The notes under the pieces are model-generated. The model did no database searches and was not told the origin of the DNA. It saw only the letters and a program-made list of their open reading frames with translations. The translations under genes and the position numbers were made by a program. From NCBI GenBank assembly GCA_026770705.1, contig JANJGN010000026.1, forward strand, positions 32,116,001-32,180,000: 64,000 nucleotides of DNA, in the 5' to 3' direction. Positions 49,401-62,470 of this stretch are shown here, piece after piece. Positions within the stretch are counted from its first letter, which is position 1, and every line of letters starts with the position of its first letter. This DNA comes from Isurus oxyrinchus (taxonomy: Eukaryota).

Positions 49401-50450
49401 TGCACTGGGCCCCATCTCAGTTTTTATTAGTTCAGACCCTGTTCCAGGAATGACAGCATGAGAGATTGCCTCAGTTTATATTATTAAAGACTGTGTTTCA
49501 GTAATCACTGCACTAGACTCTCTCTCAGTTTATATTAATCTAGGCCCTGTAACAGTAATCAATGTTAAATGCTCTGTGTCAGTTTATATCAATCAAGACC
49601 CTATATTAATAATTTCTGCACTTGGCTCTCTCTGTTTATATTAATCTAGATCCTGTATCAGTAATCACTGCACCAGACTCTGTCTCAATTATATTAATTT
49701 TGACCCTGTATCAATAATCAGTGCATGAGACTCTGTCTCAGTGTAAATTGATATAGGCCCTATAGCAGTAATCACTGCACTAGACACTGTCTCAGTTTAT
49801 ATTATTGCTAACTGTGTGCCAGTAAACACTGCACTATACCTTGCCTCAGGTTAAATTGGTCTAGATGCTGTATCAGTAATCACTGCAATGGACACTGTCT
49901 CAGTTTTTATTGATTGACACCCTGTATCAGTAATCACTGTACTATGGCCTGCCTCAGATTATATCAACCTATACCCTCTATCAGTTATCACTGCACTTGA
50001 CCCTGTCTCAGTTTATTTTAATCTAGACATTGTATCAGTAATCACTGTATTAGACCTCATCTCAGTTTATCTTAATCCAGACTTTGTATCAGCAATCGTT
50101 ATACTAGACACTATCTCAGTTCATATTGATTTCGACCCTGTAACAGTTTTCACTGCAATGGACACTGTCTCAGCTTATATGATCTACATCTTGTATCAGG
50201 AATCACTGCCTCATCACTTGTCTTGGTTTATATTCATCTCAGTCCTGTATCAGCGATCACTGCACTATGCTCTGCCTCAGTTTGTATCAATCCAGACCGT
50301 ATATCAGTAATCACTGCACTTCACCCTGCCTCAGTTTATATCAGTCAAGACCTGTATGAGTAATCACTGCACTTGCCCCTGTCTCAGTTTATATTAACCT
50401 AGACCCTGTATCAGTAATCACTGCAAAAGGCATTTTCTTAATTTATATCA
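43480..50450 (+). repeat. 27-bp satellite organised as a 54-bp A/B dimer, about 7 kb
   Basis: A=TCAGTAATCACTGCACTAGACCCTGTC and B=TCAGTTTATATTAATCTAGACCCTGTA alternate; more decayed copies at about 36060-36230, 36960-37230, 40110-40290, 51800-52340, 53020-53270, 58390-59090 and 60770-61000. Confidence 0.97.
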
Positions 50451-50454
50451 AAGG

Positions 50455-51800
50455 GATGAAAGCAAAATACTGCAGATGCTGGAAGTCTGAAAGGAAAACA
50501 CAAAATGACGGCAAAACTCAACACGTCTGACAGCACTTGTGGGGAGAGAAGCAGAGTTAACATTTAAAGACCCTGTGACTCTTCCTCAGAGCTAAAGAAC
50601 AATAGAAATGTGACAACCTTAATGCTGTTTAAGCGGCATGGAGCGGGTGAGGCTGGATAGAAGGCACGTGATAGGCAGGGGTAAGGTGATGCTGACAAAC
50701 ATATCATGGGCAAAAAGGCTAAGGGAGTGTTAATGGTAGTGGTAAGGCTAAATAAGGTGCTGATAGTGGCATTAAGTTAAGAAAGCAGAATGTGTTAATA
50801 GCAGAACCAGAATGAGCACACTGTGAAAGAACAACATGGAACAAGTAACAGATGGGCCTTTTGGGAGGTGTGGTTGGTGGAGGGGGCGGTGGTTGGGGAA
50901 GAACTGTATGAAAAGGAACAAGAAAAGAGGGTAAAATGAGGCTAAAACAATTAATAAATGAATAAGGCTTTAAAGTGCATCATCAGAAGATCAGGTGCTG
51001 TTCTTCCAGTTTGTGTTAGACTTCACTTGAACATTGCAGCAGGCCAATGATGGACATGTGGGCATGAGAGCAGGATGGTGTGTTGAAATAGCAAGCGACA
51101 AGAAGGCCTTGATCATGCTTGCGGACAAACCAAAGGTGTTCCACAAAGCACTCACCCAGTCTGTGATTGGTGTCCCCAGTCTAGAGGAGACAACATTGGG
51201 AGCAGCGAATGCAGTGGGCCAAATTTAAGGAGGTGCAATGAAGCAGTGCTTCACCTGAAAGGAGTGTTTGGGCCCTTGGATGGTGAAAAGGGAGGAGGTA
51301 AAGAGGCAGATGTGGCATCTTCTGTGATTGCATAGGAAGGTGCCATGGGAAGTGAATGAGGTATTGGGGTTGATGGAGGAGTAGGCCAGGGTGTCCTGAA
51401 GGGAATGGCCACTACAGAACACTGATAGTAGTCGAGGGGGTTGGGGTGGCGAGGACAAGATGTGTTTGGTGGTGGCATCATGCCGGAGTTAGCAGAAATG
51501 GTGGAGGATGGTCATTTGAATGCGGACGCTGGTGGGGTGAAATGTGAGGGCAAGGAGGATCCTATCATGGTTCTGAGTGGGAGGGGAAAGTGTGAACAGA
51601 GGCTCGGCAGATGGGTCGGACACAGTTAACGGCCCTGTCAACCACAGTAGAGGGTGGGGGGGGAGGGGAAACCTCGGTTTAGGAAGAAGGAAGACATGTC
51701 AGAAGCGGTGTTTTGGAAAGTGGCATCGGACCAGATGTGAAGGAGACAAAGCAACAGAGAGAATGGGAATGGCGTTTTTCCAGAATTTTCTGTTTTTATT
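50455..51800 (-). mobile_element. Decayed Penelope-like element inserted in the satellite
   Basis: TIQGPKHSFQVKHCF and RRCHICLFTSS are homologous to the 10.5-kb copy; terminal repeat at 50455-50595 and a short inverted terminus near 51775-51800. Confidence 0.88.
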
Positions 51801-52339
51801 TTAATCTATACCCTGTACCATTAGACCCTGTCTCGGTTGATAATAATCCAGGCCCTGTATCAGTAATCACTGCACTAAGTCTTGTCTCAGTTTATGTCAA
51901 TCAAGGCCCCATTTTAGTAATCCCCATACATCCCTGGTTCAATTTATTTTGCACCTCACCTGCAGCTGTAAATGCTACACTACACTCTGCTTTAGTTATT
52001 GTTGCACTATTGTTGAACTATAGTACAATGTGTCCTATCTTATCTATTACTGCAGTCGTCCATATCTCTACTTGTGCTGTAACTGGTCCTTTCCCAGTTA
52101 TCACTGCATCTGACCCTGCCGGTTTATATTATTAGATCTTGTGTCAGTTGTTACTATATTATGCCATGCTTCTGCGGACACTTCAATTACCCTTTTTCAG
52201 TTCGTACTGTAGTACAACCATGTCTGAACTTATATTTCACTGCACTTTGTGTTTCATTATTTTACACTGCACCATGCTTCAGTTATCACTACCCTTGGCC
52301 TGATGACCTTGTCTCAGTTATAACTGTACTAGACCAGAT

Positions 52340-53000
52340 GGACATACGAGCATACGAACAAAGAGCAGGAGTTGGCCTTTAAGCCCCCCAGGCTGTTCCG
52401 CCTTTTAATAAAATCATAGTTGATCTGATAGTAACCTGAAATCTTGGACACCACCTACCCCTGATAATCTATCACCCCCTTGGTTACCAAGAATCTATCC
52501 ACCTCTGCCTTAAAAATATCCAAAGGCTTTGCTTCCACTGCCTTTTTAAGAAGAGAGTCCCAAAGACTCACGACCCTGAGAGTGAAAAAAATTCGCCTCA
52601 TCTCCGTTTTACATGGGCGACCCCTTATTTTAAACAGTAACCCCTAGTTCTAGATTCTCCCACAAGTGAAGGCATCCTCTCCACATCCACCCTGTCAAGG
52701 CCCCTCAGGATCGTATATGTTTCAGTCAAGTCGCCTCTTACTCTTCTAAACCCCAGCAGATACAAGTCTAGCCTGTCCAATCTCATTAAGCAACCCAACC
52801 ATTCCAGGTATTAGTCTAGTAATCCTTCTCTGAACTGCTTCTCACGCATTCACATGCTTCCTTAAATAAGGTGACCAATGCTGCACACAGTATTCCAAAC
52901 GTGATCTCACTAGTGCCTGGTATAACTGAAGCAGAACTTCTCTACTATTCCCCTCGCAAGAAATGAGAACATTCGATTAGCTTTCCTAATTACTTACCAT
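52340..53000 (-). mobile_element. CR1 LINE 3' fragment
   Basis: Nucleotide similarity to the 5080-5900 copy in reverse orientation. Confidence 0.85.
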
Positions 53001-53274
53001 TTCTCCTTTTATCTTCCTCTCAGCAATGCATCTGTGTATATAACGCTATCTGCAGTTTAATTTATTAATGCACTGGACCATGCCTCAGTATACACTACAA
53101 TTGACCCTTTCTCAGTTATTACTGCACAGGACTATGTCTCTGTTTATGTTACATTATATACTGCTTTGTTTATTAATGCACATAGCCATGCCTCCAGATA
53201 TACTGCAAGTGACAATTCCTGAGCTGCTGTTGCATTGCACAAAGTCTCTTTTGATATTATATTAGGATTTATCT

Positions 53275-54415
53275 CACAACCGACTTGTGAGAAAAGTTAT
53301 TGCTCGTGGAATAAAAGGGACAGTAGCAGTATGGATACAAAATTGGCTGAAAAATAGGAAGCAGGGAGTAATGGTCAATCTATACTTTTCGGGCTGGAGG
53401 AAGATTTGTAGTGGAGTTCCCCAGGGGTCAGCTTTGGGGCCCTTGCTTTTCCTGATATATATTAACGATGTAGATCTTGGTGTGCAGGGGACAATTTCGA
53501 AGTTTGCGATTGATACGAAGCTTGGGAGTGTGGTGAACTGTGATGAGAGCGGTGTGGAGCTTCAAGAGGACACAGACAAGTTGATGGAGTGGGCAGATAG
53601 ATGGCAGATGCAGTTCAACGCAGAGAAATGTGAGGTGATGCATTTTGGTAGGGAGAGCATGGACAGACAGTATAAAATAAGAGCTGGAATTTTGAAGGTG
53701 TGCAGGAGCAGAAATACTTGGATGTGTATGTGCATAGACCAATGAAGGTGGTCGGACATATGGAGTTGGCAGTTAATAATGCATATAGTATCCTGGGCTC
53801 TATTAATAGGGGCATAGAGTGCAAGAGCTGAATTTATATAAGACCCTGCTTCGATCTCAACTGGAATATTGTGTACCGCCCTGGGTACCATATTATAGGA
53901 AGGATGTGAAGATATTGGAGAGAGTGCAGGAGAGGTTTACAGGAATGCTCCCAGGGATGAGGAACTTCAGCTATGAGGATAGATTGGAGAAGTTGTGACT
54001 ATTTCCATGAAGAGGAGAAGGCTGAGAGGAGACTTGATGAAGTTTTCAAAATCATGAGGGGGCTGGACGAAGCAGATAAGGAGAAACTGTTCTCATTCAT
54101 AAAAGGAAGAAAAAGCAAGAGGGCACAGATTTGAAATGATTTGCTAAAGAAACAGATGATATGTGAGAAAAAGCTTTTTCGCACAACGAGTGGTTCGAGT
54201 CTGGAATACACTGCTTGGAAGTGCAGTGGAGGCAGGTTCAATTGAGGCATTCAAGACGGAATTAAATGAGAATTTGAATAGAACCAACGTACAAGGATAT
54301 GGGGAAATGACAGGGCTATGGTGCTAGGTCATAAAGCTCATTTGGAGAGCCGGTGCATGCACGATGGGCCGAATGGCCCCCATCTGTGCCATTAAGATTT
54401 GTTGATTCTGTGATA
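53275..54415 (+). mobile_element. CR1 LINE RT/3' fragment
   Basis: WIQNWLKNRKQ..SGVPQGSALGPLLFLIYIND..SKFAIDTKLG. Confidence 0.93.
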
Positions 54416-55024
54416 TTACTGCATTAGACAGCTTCATTCATTGCTGTGCTCTCCTATATCTCACCTTATATTGTAGAGGTCCTATCTCATTTATTGATAA
54501 ACTGGACCGAGTCTCAGTTCTTACTGCATTATAAAAGGTCTCTGCTGACTAGAGATGGAGAGACCGTGCCACATGGATAGGTGGGTATTAACTTTAAGAA
54601 TGTTATAATACCCTGTTGGTGATAAGTGGTTGAAAGAAGACGTTTAGTCTTGTTAATAACTATTAGGCGTTGGGTGCAATTTCTAATTGCTCCAGTGAAA
54701 TGTGTGTAATATTTGTGTTGAAAGGTTGGGATGAATCTTGTAACATTCCCTTCATCAATGAGATTGAGGAACAGAAATAAAGGTGAACAACATTGGACTG
54801 CACATTGCATAACTTAGTCACACAATGCATTGTGTTCGAGATGACTAATTCATGCTTGAGTTGATCTGTGGTAATTGCTCACAGTTATCTTTCATTTTAA
54901 GTTTTTTTTCCCACTTTTGCAATAGGACTTTCTGTTTGCTTTTGGCTTGGCCACCGATTGTGAGAGGCAGAGTCTGAAACCGTATCATCAGGCGAATGGA
55001 CGGCCACAGCCGTAATGACCCATG

Positions 55025-55270
55025 TTCCTGTGTGTCAGGGTCTGTGTGTGTGTGTTTGTGTTGGTGTGTGTGTGTGTGTGTGTGTGTGTGTCTGTGTGTG
55101 TGTGTGTCTGTCGGTGTGTCTGTGTGTGTGTGTCTGTCGGTGTGTGTCGGTGTTTGTGCCTGTCAGTCGGTGTCTGTGTGCCTGTATATGTGAATGTGTG
55201 TGTGTGCGTCTGTCTGTCGGTGTGTGGTTGTGTATATAGGTGTTTGCAGCTGTATGTGTGGCTGTGGAGG
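55025..55270. repeat. (GT)n microsatellite
   Basis: Directly visible. Confidence 0.95.
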
Positions 55271-58200
55271 CGGGTACATCTGGCACACATAATTTTTCAT
55301 TGCTTGCAAAAACATTACAATTATTTTTCAGCACGTTATGATAGCTTATTGAGAATATACTTACAGATCCTATGCTACTGTTAATATTTATTGGCAATGC
55401 ATTGTCATGCGTGCTCCTTAAAGTAGTTTCAAGCTGGCAATTCCGTTGTCAAGGCAAATACATTTTTGAAATGACTCACTGAACTTTTTCCTTCTCTTCC
55501 TCTGTCTCAGACTACACCTAAATCAGTTAACCTCTCCTCTCTCTCAGACTTCATTTAACTCACTTACACAGACACACAAGGGCCGGATCTGGCAGCTACG
55601 AGGAACCAATGTTTAAACCTTTTGTTTGAGGCACATTATCACTGAAACGATAAGCGCCAAAACCTCATCAAAGGAAAATTCAGCGCCAGAAAGACACCAG
55701 CTCACCCACCTAACCTCTCTCTTCTCTTTCTCTCAGACAGCACCAAACCCTCTTAAAACTTTCTATTTTGGAATAACCCTCTGTGAGGGAAATTATTGTT
55801 TGAATTTCCTCTCTTTTCTCCCAGTGATTACGTTTAGTCCATCTCCCCTTCAGTTAATATGCTGTAACCAAAACAATCTCATTTATTGATTTTTTTAAAT
55901 TGGGAATGGAGCTGAATGTAATGCTGAGACCGGCAGCAATCTGTATGGTTGTTCTAGATGCTGTCAGAGTGAGTTCACCTTCACAGGCAGGAAGACTGAT
56001 CGCAGTGATAACATGAAACTGACGTCTGCTGTTTCATTCTCAGGTAACACAACTTCCTGTTTCTCTACTGCCGGTTCCAAACCGCAATCTCACTTCTGAG
56101 CAGAAAATAAATCCGGGGGCCACAATCTGGTGAGAACATCTGTCAAGGCGGCTTTTATCTGACCACAGAGTCAGGGCAGAGTCACACAGATCACATTGCG
56201 GTGACATTTACAAATGAGCCTCTCCTGATCTGTTTCGAGCTTCCAAGAGATAACTGGGTGGTCAGTGGATCAGTCACTGAGCGTCCCCGGGTCCCTGAAG
56301 CGGGCAAATGAGAGCTTGCTACCTTTCATTTTTCGTTGTCAAGTTCCACCACCCGCCACCCACTCTAAACCCCCCCCCCCCCACACACCCCCAAACCCCC
56401 ACCCCAACCCGCCACTCACACACACTCCCTGCGCACTTGCGCACTCACTCTCTCTCGAAGCCAGTTTCCTCTGTTTCTCTGCAACACCCTGTCTCCCTTT
56501 TGCATTTGAAGTCTTCTTCGCTCAGTTTTATCTGTGTATCTCTGTGTATCTCTCTTCACCTCTCTGTGAGTCTATTAAATAAAAGTATTGAAAATCATGA
56601 ATGCATTAATAGAGTAAATAAAGAGAGAACATTTCAACTGGCAGGAGGGTCGGTAACCAGAGGAGACAGATTTACTTTATTGAACAGGAAAGCAGGAGGA
56701 TAATTGTTTATTTTTTTACACGGCGAGTTGTTATGAACTGGAATGCACAGCTTGAAAGGATGATGGAAGCGGATTTAATAGTAATTTTGTAAAGTGAATC
56801 ACATAAATACTTGAAGAGATCAACTGGATCATTCATCGATATAATTGCCCCAGCACATTTTCTGTATCTTCCTCTGTCCTGCAATGAGCCCGAATAAAAT
56901 GCAATAATTATGCAGTCTTGTGCTAATCCTGTTTTTGGACGGCGCCACAGTGTGTGTGTCGATAATTACGAGGCATCCTTCAGAAGTTCATTACTATTTA
57001 CAAATAATTACATTGAGCAAAATTACACTGGATGGAACTTGTTTAGTAAGAAGCATGATTACCCTTAACATTTGTGGCTCTGAGTTTTCCTCTGGTGAAG
57101 TTTTGGTGTTTAATATTTTCAGCCATCATCGGCCTCAAGCTGAAGGTTTAAATACTGGTTTTTGCAAGCTGCCGGGTCTGGCCCTTGCCTGTCTGTGTAA
57201 ATGGAAAATTGCGGGTAAGAATGAGAAGGAGCAGGTTACATTTCTGTTCCTCTGAGAGATGCAGATATCAGAAATCTCTGGAGTCCACCATGATTATTCT
57301 CCCCTTGGGTATAACAGCTCTTAGTCAGGTGGAGTCAGTCACACGGGCCTCTGTCATGATGTTTCCACTCCGTTTTTAGCGCACAAATCCCTGTGTCATT
57401 CACCATAACACAGCCTGCGCTAAGGTCCTAAACATCACTACTTCCTTACACGTTTACTCCATTACATTTCAATCAGATGTTCATTCGTCCCCCTGCCTCC
57501 CTTTATGTAAGATTACCAGCAGCCTCTGCTATTGATACACTGGATCCGGCCTCTGATTATTATTAGACCAGCCCCAGTCTGGCGCAGGCCCGGCAGTCAG
57601 AACTCCCTTCGCAAATCCAAGGATAGAGTTTGTTTTTTATGAGAAGTTATTTGTTTTTTATGAGAAGACGGGAAAGTCAAATCAGCAACAATGTCCCAGG
57701 AACCCGTCCCTCGCTGCATGGAGGAACTGCGCAGTTTCTATCTCTTTAATTTCCCTCACTCCTGCTGAGTCTAAGAAAATAATGGATAAAAGAACAGAAA
57801 AGACTTCCATATGAAGTATCGCCGTGAGCCTTGGCCGATATTAAGTGGCTAACTCTCAGAATTGAGGCTTAAACCCAAAACCTTGAGGGATGAGAGTACC
57901 GCTAATTCGTCAGTGCTGACGTGATATATTCCCAGTTCCCATTACATTACGACAACCGCAACATATTACAGATGCTAGAAATCGAAACCAGAAACTGAAT
58001 GTGCTGGAAATCCTCGACAGGTCAGACAGCAGATGTCGAGTCTGTTTGTTTTCCGGGTCGTCATATACTTTGCAGCCTTGGGGAAAGTGTGGAGAGGCGG
58101 GAGGATTTTGGAGGCTGATTAAAAACCGGCGTTCTGTCACACGAACACTCTTCCCGTGGTCAACGGAGCCGGGAGTGGAACTTGAACACACATCTTGCAG

Positions 58201-59084
58201 CTTAAAAGCAGGAGGACGACCAACTGTAGCACTCAGGTGTGCAGTGGCTGTGGAGAGAAGCAGAGTTAAAGTTTCTGATCGATGGTCCCGGTTCTGCTGA
58301 AGGGTCATCGCCATGAAACGTTCACTCTGTTTATCGCCACAGATTCTGCCGACCTACAGAGTGATTCCAGAATGTTATGTTTTATTTGCCATTACACTAG
58401 ACTGTGTCAGTGTTATTGCACCAACTCCATCCCATTCATATTGCAGTGGTGCTTGACTATTATTATGCAATTGGCAAAACATTTGCTATTGTATCAATTG
58501 GCGCTGTCTCACACACTATTATATCAGGCCCAACTTCGATTTGGGTGGACTAGATGCTTACTGTGCCGTCATCACACTGGATCCAGTGAGTATTCAGCGA
58601 TGCGCTGCAACATGCTGCCTCTTTCTTTCATCAAACATTGTAGTTTTTATACACAACTTTCCGGTTTTTAACCTGCCCCGTGTCTCCAATCTCGTTGTAC
58701 AAAATGCTGCCTCTGTAATGGTTGCAGGAAGAGCCTACATGTCATTCAAATTCTAATGCAAACCTCTCTCATTATTTCTGAAAACCTTGTGTCCATCAGT
58801 TTTCAATAGGAATCTGTTTCTGATATTGTTAAGGTTGACCCTGTTTCTGTTAGTGTTTCACTTTGACCTTTTTCAGTTGTTATTTTATACAAAGCATTTT
58901 TGTTATTATAATCACAAAAATGCCAGCTCATTCAATGTTATACCAAGTCTTCTCTCTCTTTTATTTCCAGAACTAGCCCATTTCTCTGCTTAAATTACTC
59001 CCTGGGTCAATTTGTGTTATCATTGCACTAGCACATATCCTTGTTTGTATTGGACAAGGCATTGTGCCTGTTTTCATTAAACTA

Positions 59085-60770
59085 GACGATATAATGCCAG
59101 AAATGTTGGGGAACACAGGGTTTAGTGAGAGGGAGGAACTGAAAGAAATCAATATTAATAGGGAAATGGTGTTGGAGAAATGGAAGGCCGATATATCCCT
59201 GGGGCCTGATAACCTACATCCCACAGTAATTACGGAAGTGGCCCTAGAAATAATGGATGCATTGGTGTTCATCTTCCAAGATTCCATCGACTCTGGAACA
59301 GTTCTGACAGATTGAAGCATAGCTCATGTAACCCCACTATTTAAAAAAGGAGGCAGAGAGAAAACAGGGAATTATAGACCAGTCAGCCTGACGTCGGTAG
59401 TGGGGAAAATTCTAGAGTCCATTATAAAAGATTTAATAGCTGAGCACGTGGAAAACAGTGGCAGAATCGGACAAATTCAGCATGGATTTATGAAAGGTAA
59501 ATCATGCTTGACAAATCCACTGGAAACTTTCGACGATGTAACTAGTAGAGTTGATGATGGGGAGCCAGTGAAGGTGGTTTATTTGTCTTTCAGAAGGCTT
59601 TCCACAAAGTCCCACATAAGAGATTGGCATGTAAAATTAAAGTACATGGGATTGTGGGTAGTGTATTGAGATGGATAGAAAACTGGTTGGCAGACAGGAG
59701 ACAAAGAATAGGAATAAACAGGTCTTTTTCCAAATGGCAAGCAGTGACTAGTGGGGTACAGCAGGGATCGGTGCTGGCACCCCAGTTATTCATAATATAT
59801 ATTAATGATTTAGATGAGGGAATTAAATGTAATATCTCCAAAATTGCAGATGACACAAAGCTGGGTGGGAGGGTGAGCTGTGAGGAGGATGCAGAGATGT
59901 TTCAGTGTGATTTAGACATCTGAGTGAGTGGGCAAATGCATGGCAGATGTAGTATAATGTGGATAAATGTGAGGTTATCCATTTTGGTAGCAAAAATAGG
60001 AAGGTGGATTATTATCTGAATGGCTATAAATTGAGAGAGGGGAATGTGCAACGAGACCTGTGTTTCCTTGAACACCAATCGCTGAAGATAAGCATGCAGG
60101 TGCAGCAGGTCGTAAGAGAGCAAAAGATATATTGGCCTTCATAGCCAGATGATTCGAGTACAGGAACAGGGATGTCTTGCTGCAATTGTACAGGGACTCG
60201 GTGAGACCACACCTGGAATATTGTGTGCAGTTTTGGTCTGTTTATCTGAGGAAGGGTGTACTTGCTATAGAGAGAGTGCAGCGAAGGTTTACCCGGCTGA
60301 TTCCTGGGATGGCGGGACTGACATATGAGGAGAGATTGAGTCGATTAGGATTATATTCGCTGGAGTTCAGAAGAATGAGGAGGATCTCATAGAAACCTAT
60401 AAAATTCTAACAGGACTACCATGGTAGATGCAAGAAGGATATCTCCGATGGTGGGGGAGTCCAGAACCAGGGGTCACAGCATGAGGATATGGGGTAGATC
60501 ATTTGGGACTGAGATGAGGAGAAATTTCTTCACCCAGAGAGTGGTGAGCCAGTGGAATTCGCTGCCACGGAAAGTAGTTGAGACCAAAGCATTGTATATT
60601 TTCAAGAAGGAGTTAGATATAGCTCTTGGGGTGAAAGGGATCAAGGGGTATTGGGAGAAAGGAGAAGCAGGCTATTGAGTTGAATGATCATCCATGATCA
60701 TAATGAATGGCGGAGCAGACTCGAAGGGCAGAGTGCCCTACTCCTGCTCCTAGTTTCTATGTTTCTATCT
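59085..60770 (+). mobile_element. CR1 LINE, multiply frameshifted
   Basis: GPDNLHP, QHGFMKGKSCLTN, SGVQQGSVLAPQLFIIYINDLD..KIADDTKLG, RPHLEYCVQFW; TTCTATG tail. Confidence 0.94.
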
Positions 60771-61369
60771 CTGCTTATATTACACCAGGCCCTGTAACTG
60801 GTTATTAATGCACTAGCCCATATCCCTGGTTAGATAACACCAGATCTGGTCTCTATTATTACTGCATTAGCCAATATCTCTTTTTATATTACATCAAATA
60901 CTGTCTCTGTTATTACTGCAGTTGGTCCATATCTCTGTTTATATTAACAGGTCGGGTCTCTGTTTATGCTCCACTAGATCCTGGTTTATTTTACATAAGA
61001 TTTACATTGAATATACAAACGACAGACAAACCAGTTAGTCCAAATATGATTCGAGTCGTTGTGGTGGAGCTTGTGAAGGTAAAAGTTAAAAAAGTGAAAA
61101 CAGAAATAGTGAAAGTTCTCTGGAGAGCAGCAGGGGTTTCAATCCTTCCCATCAACAGAAGTAATACATCAGAGAATTACAGGTGGGTTAACCTCATGTC
61201 AGGCACAGGTAAAGTTTTTTTTTGCCATCACTTGCACAAATCATCACACATTCGAGATTATCATGAGCTTCTGTGAGATGTTGAGATGCTCATTTGTTAA
61301 TAAACTGCATGTTATTTTCGATGTGATTTAATCTGCTTTCCAACTGAACACCACCTTAGATAAGCCACC

Positions 61370-62470
61370 TTAGAAACGAAATAGTCAGTCTGACATCATT
61401 TTATGAACAAATACACATAAAAGATTGGTTATCAATAAATAGTTACAGTGTTAAACAATCTGCAAATAAAATAAATGCATAGTTTTGGATTTGAACACAA
61501 TCTCTGAAGGCATGAATGAGTTGAAGTTTATCATTGGGAGATATGAGGGGAAATTACTAAAAAAAAAGATTTTCTCCAAAGAGTGTTATTAGATAATAGG
61601 AGATTCATAATAAATAAGGGACTCTCAGAGAGACAGAGGGAGAGAGAGAGAGAGAAAGAAAGAGAGATGGCGTGGAGGGCAGAGGTAAGGTGGTGGGTGG
61701 AGAGAGAGAGATAAAGAGAAGACGTTCAGTGAGTTAGGCGCTGCCTCAGACAGAGAGAGAAGAGACATTCAGTGAGTTTGGTGATTGACATGCATGTCTT
61801 GATAACGAAATGGTCAGTATGACATCACTTTCTGAACAAAAGTTCACAACGAAACATGTTATCAGTAAATATAAAAACAAAAATAAAAACAAAAAACTGC
61901 AGACGCTGGAAATCTAAAACAAAAACAGAATTACCTGAAAAACTTAGCAGGTCTGGCAGCATCGGCGGAGAAGAACAAAGTTGACGTTTCGAGTCCTCAT
62001 GACCCTTCAACAGAACTAAGTAGAAATAGGAACGGGGTGAAGGGCTACCAGACCTGCTGAGTTTTTCCAGGTATTTCTGTTTTTGTTATGTTATCAAAAA
62101 ATATTTGCAGTATTAAATCATCCGCGGTTACAATTTGACTAAAAGAAAACTAAATACTGAAACATTCAGGTGAGGAATATCAATTATCTTTCAGAAATTG
62201 CGGCACACAGCACACATAACTGCCCGTATTTGCTGATAGACACGTTTGTCTTGATAACGAAATGGTGAATATGACATCACGTTCTAAACACAAGTACACA
62301 ACGAAAGATGTTATCAATAAATATTTGCAGTATTAAATCATCCGCAGTTACAGTTTGAGTAAAATAAAAATAAATACTGAAACATCCTGGTGAAGATCAT
62401 TATTCATCTTTGAGAAATGGCGGCATAGGCAAGAGCCAAGATTTTTTTTGCACACAACACACATAACTGA
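61370..62470. repeat. ~200-bp unit present three times (about 61370, 61795, 62248)
   Basis: AACGAAAT.GT.A.T.TGACATCA..TTATCA.TAAATA shared by all three copies. Confidence 0.8.
61873..62087 (-). mobile_element. Short Penelope terminal-repeat insertion with inverted end and 17-bp target-site duplication
   Basis: Near-identical to 9972-10110; flanked by ATGTTATCAGTAAATAT and ATGTTATCAAAAAATAT. Confidence 0.88.

Noticed and set aside
43480-50450. CRISPR-like look (constant motif alternating with variable segments) and ORFs such as 46993-47490 as real genes
   Set aside because: The 'spacers' are just two recurring monomer types, the context is vertebrate and there are no cas genes; the ORFs are by-products of a 27-bp period and are broken by stops and frameshifts
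57157-57197. Orphan RSS-like GGTTTTTGC...GTCTGTG
   Set aside because: Spacer is 25 nt, the heptamer is poor, and there is no V-like (YYC) or J-like (WGxG) sequence adjacent
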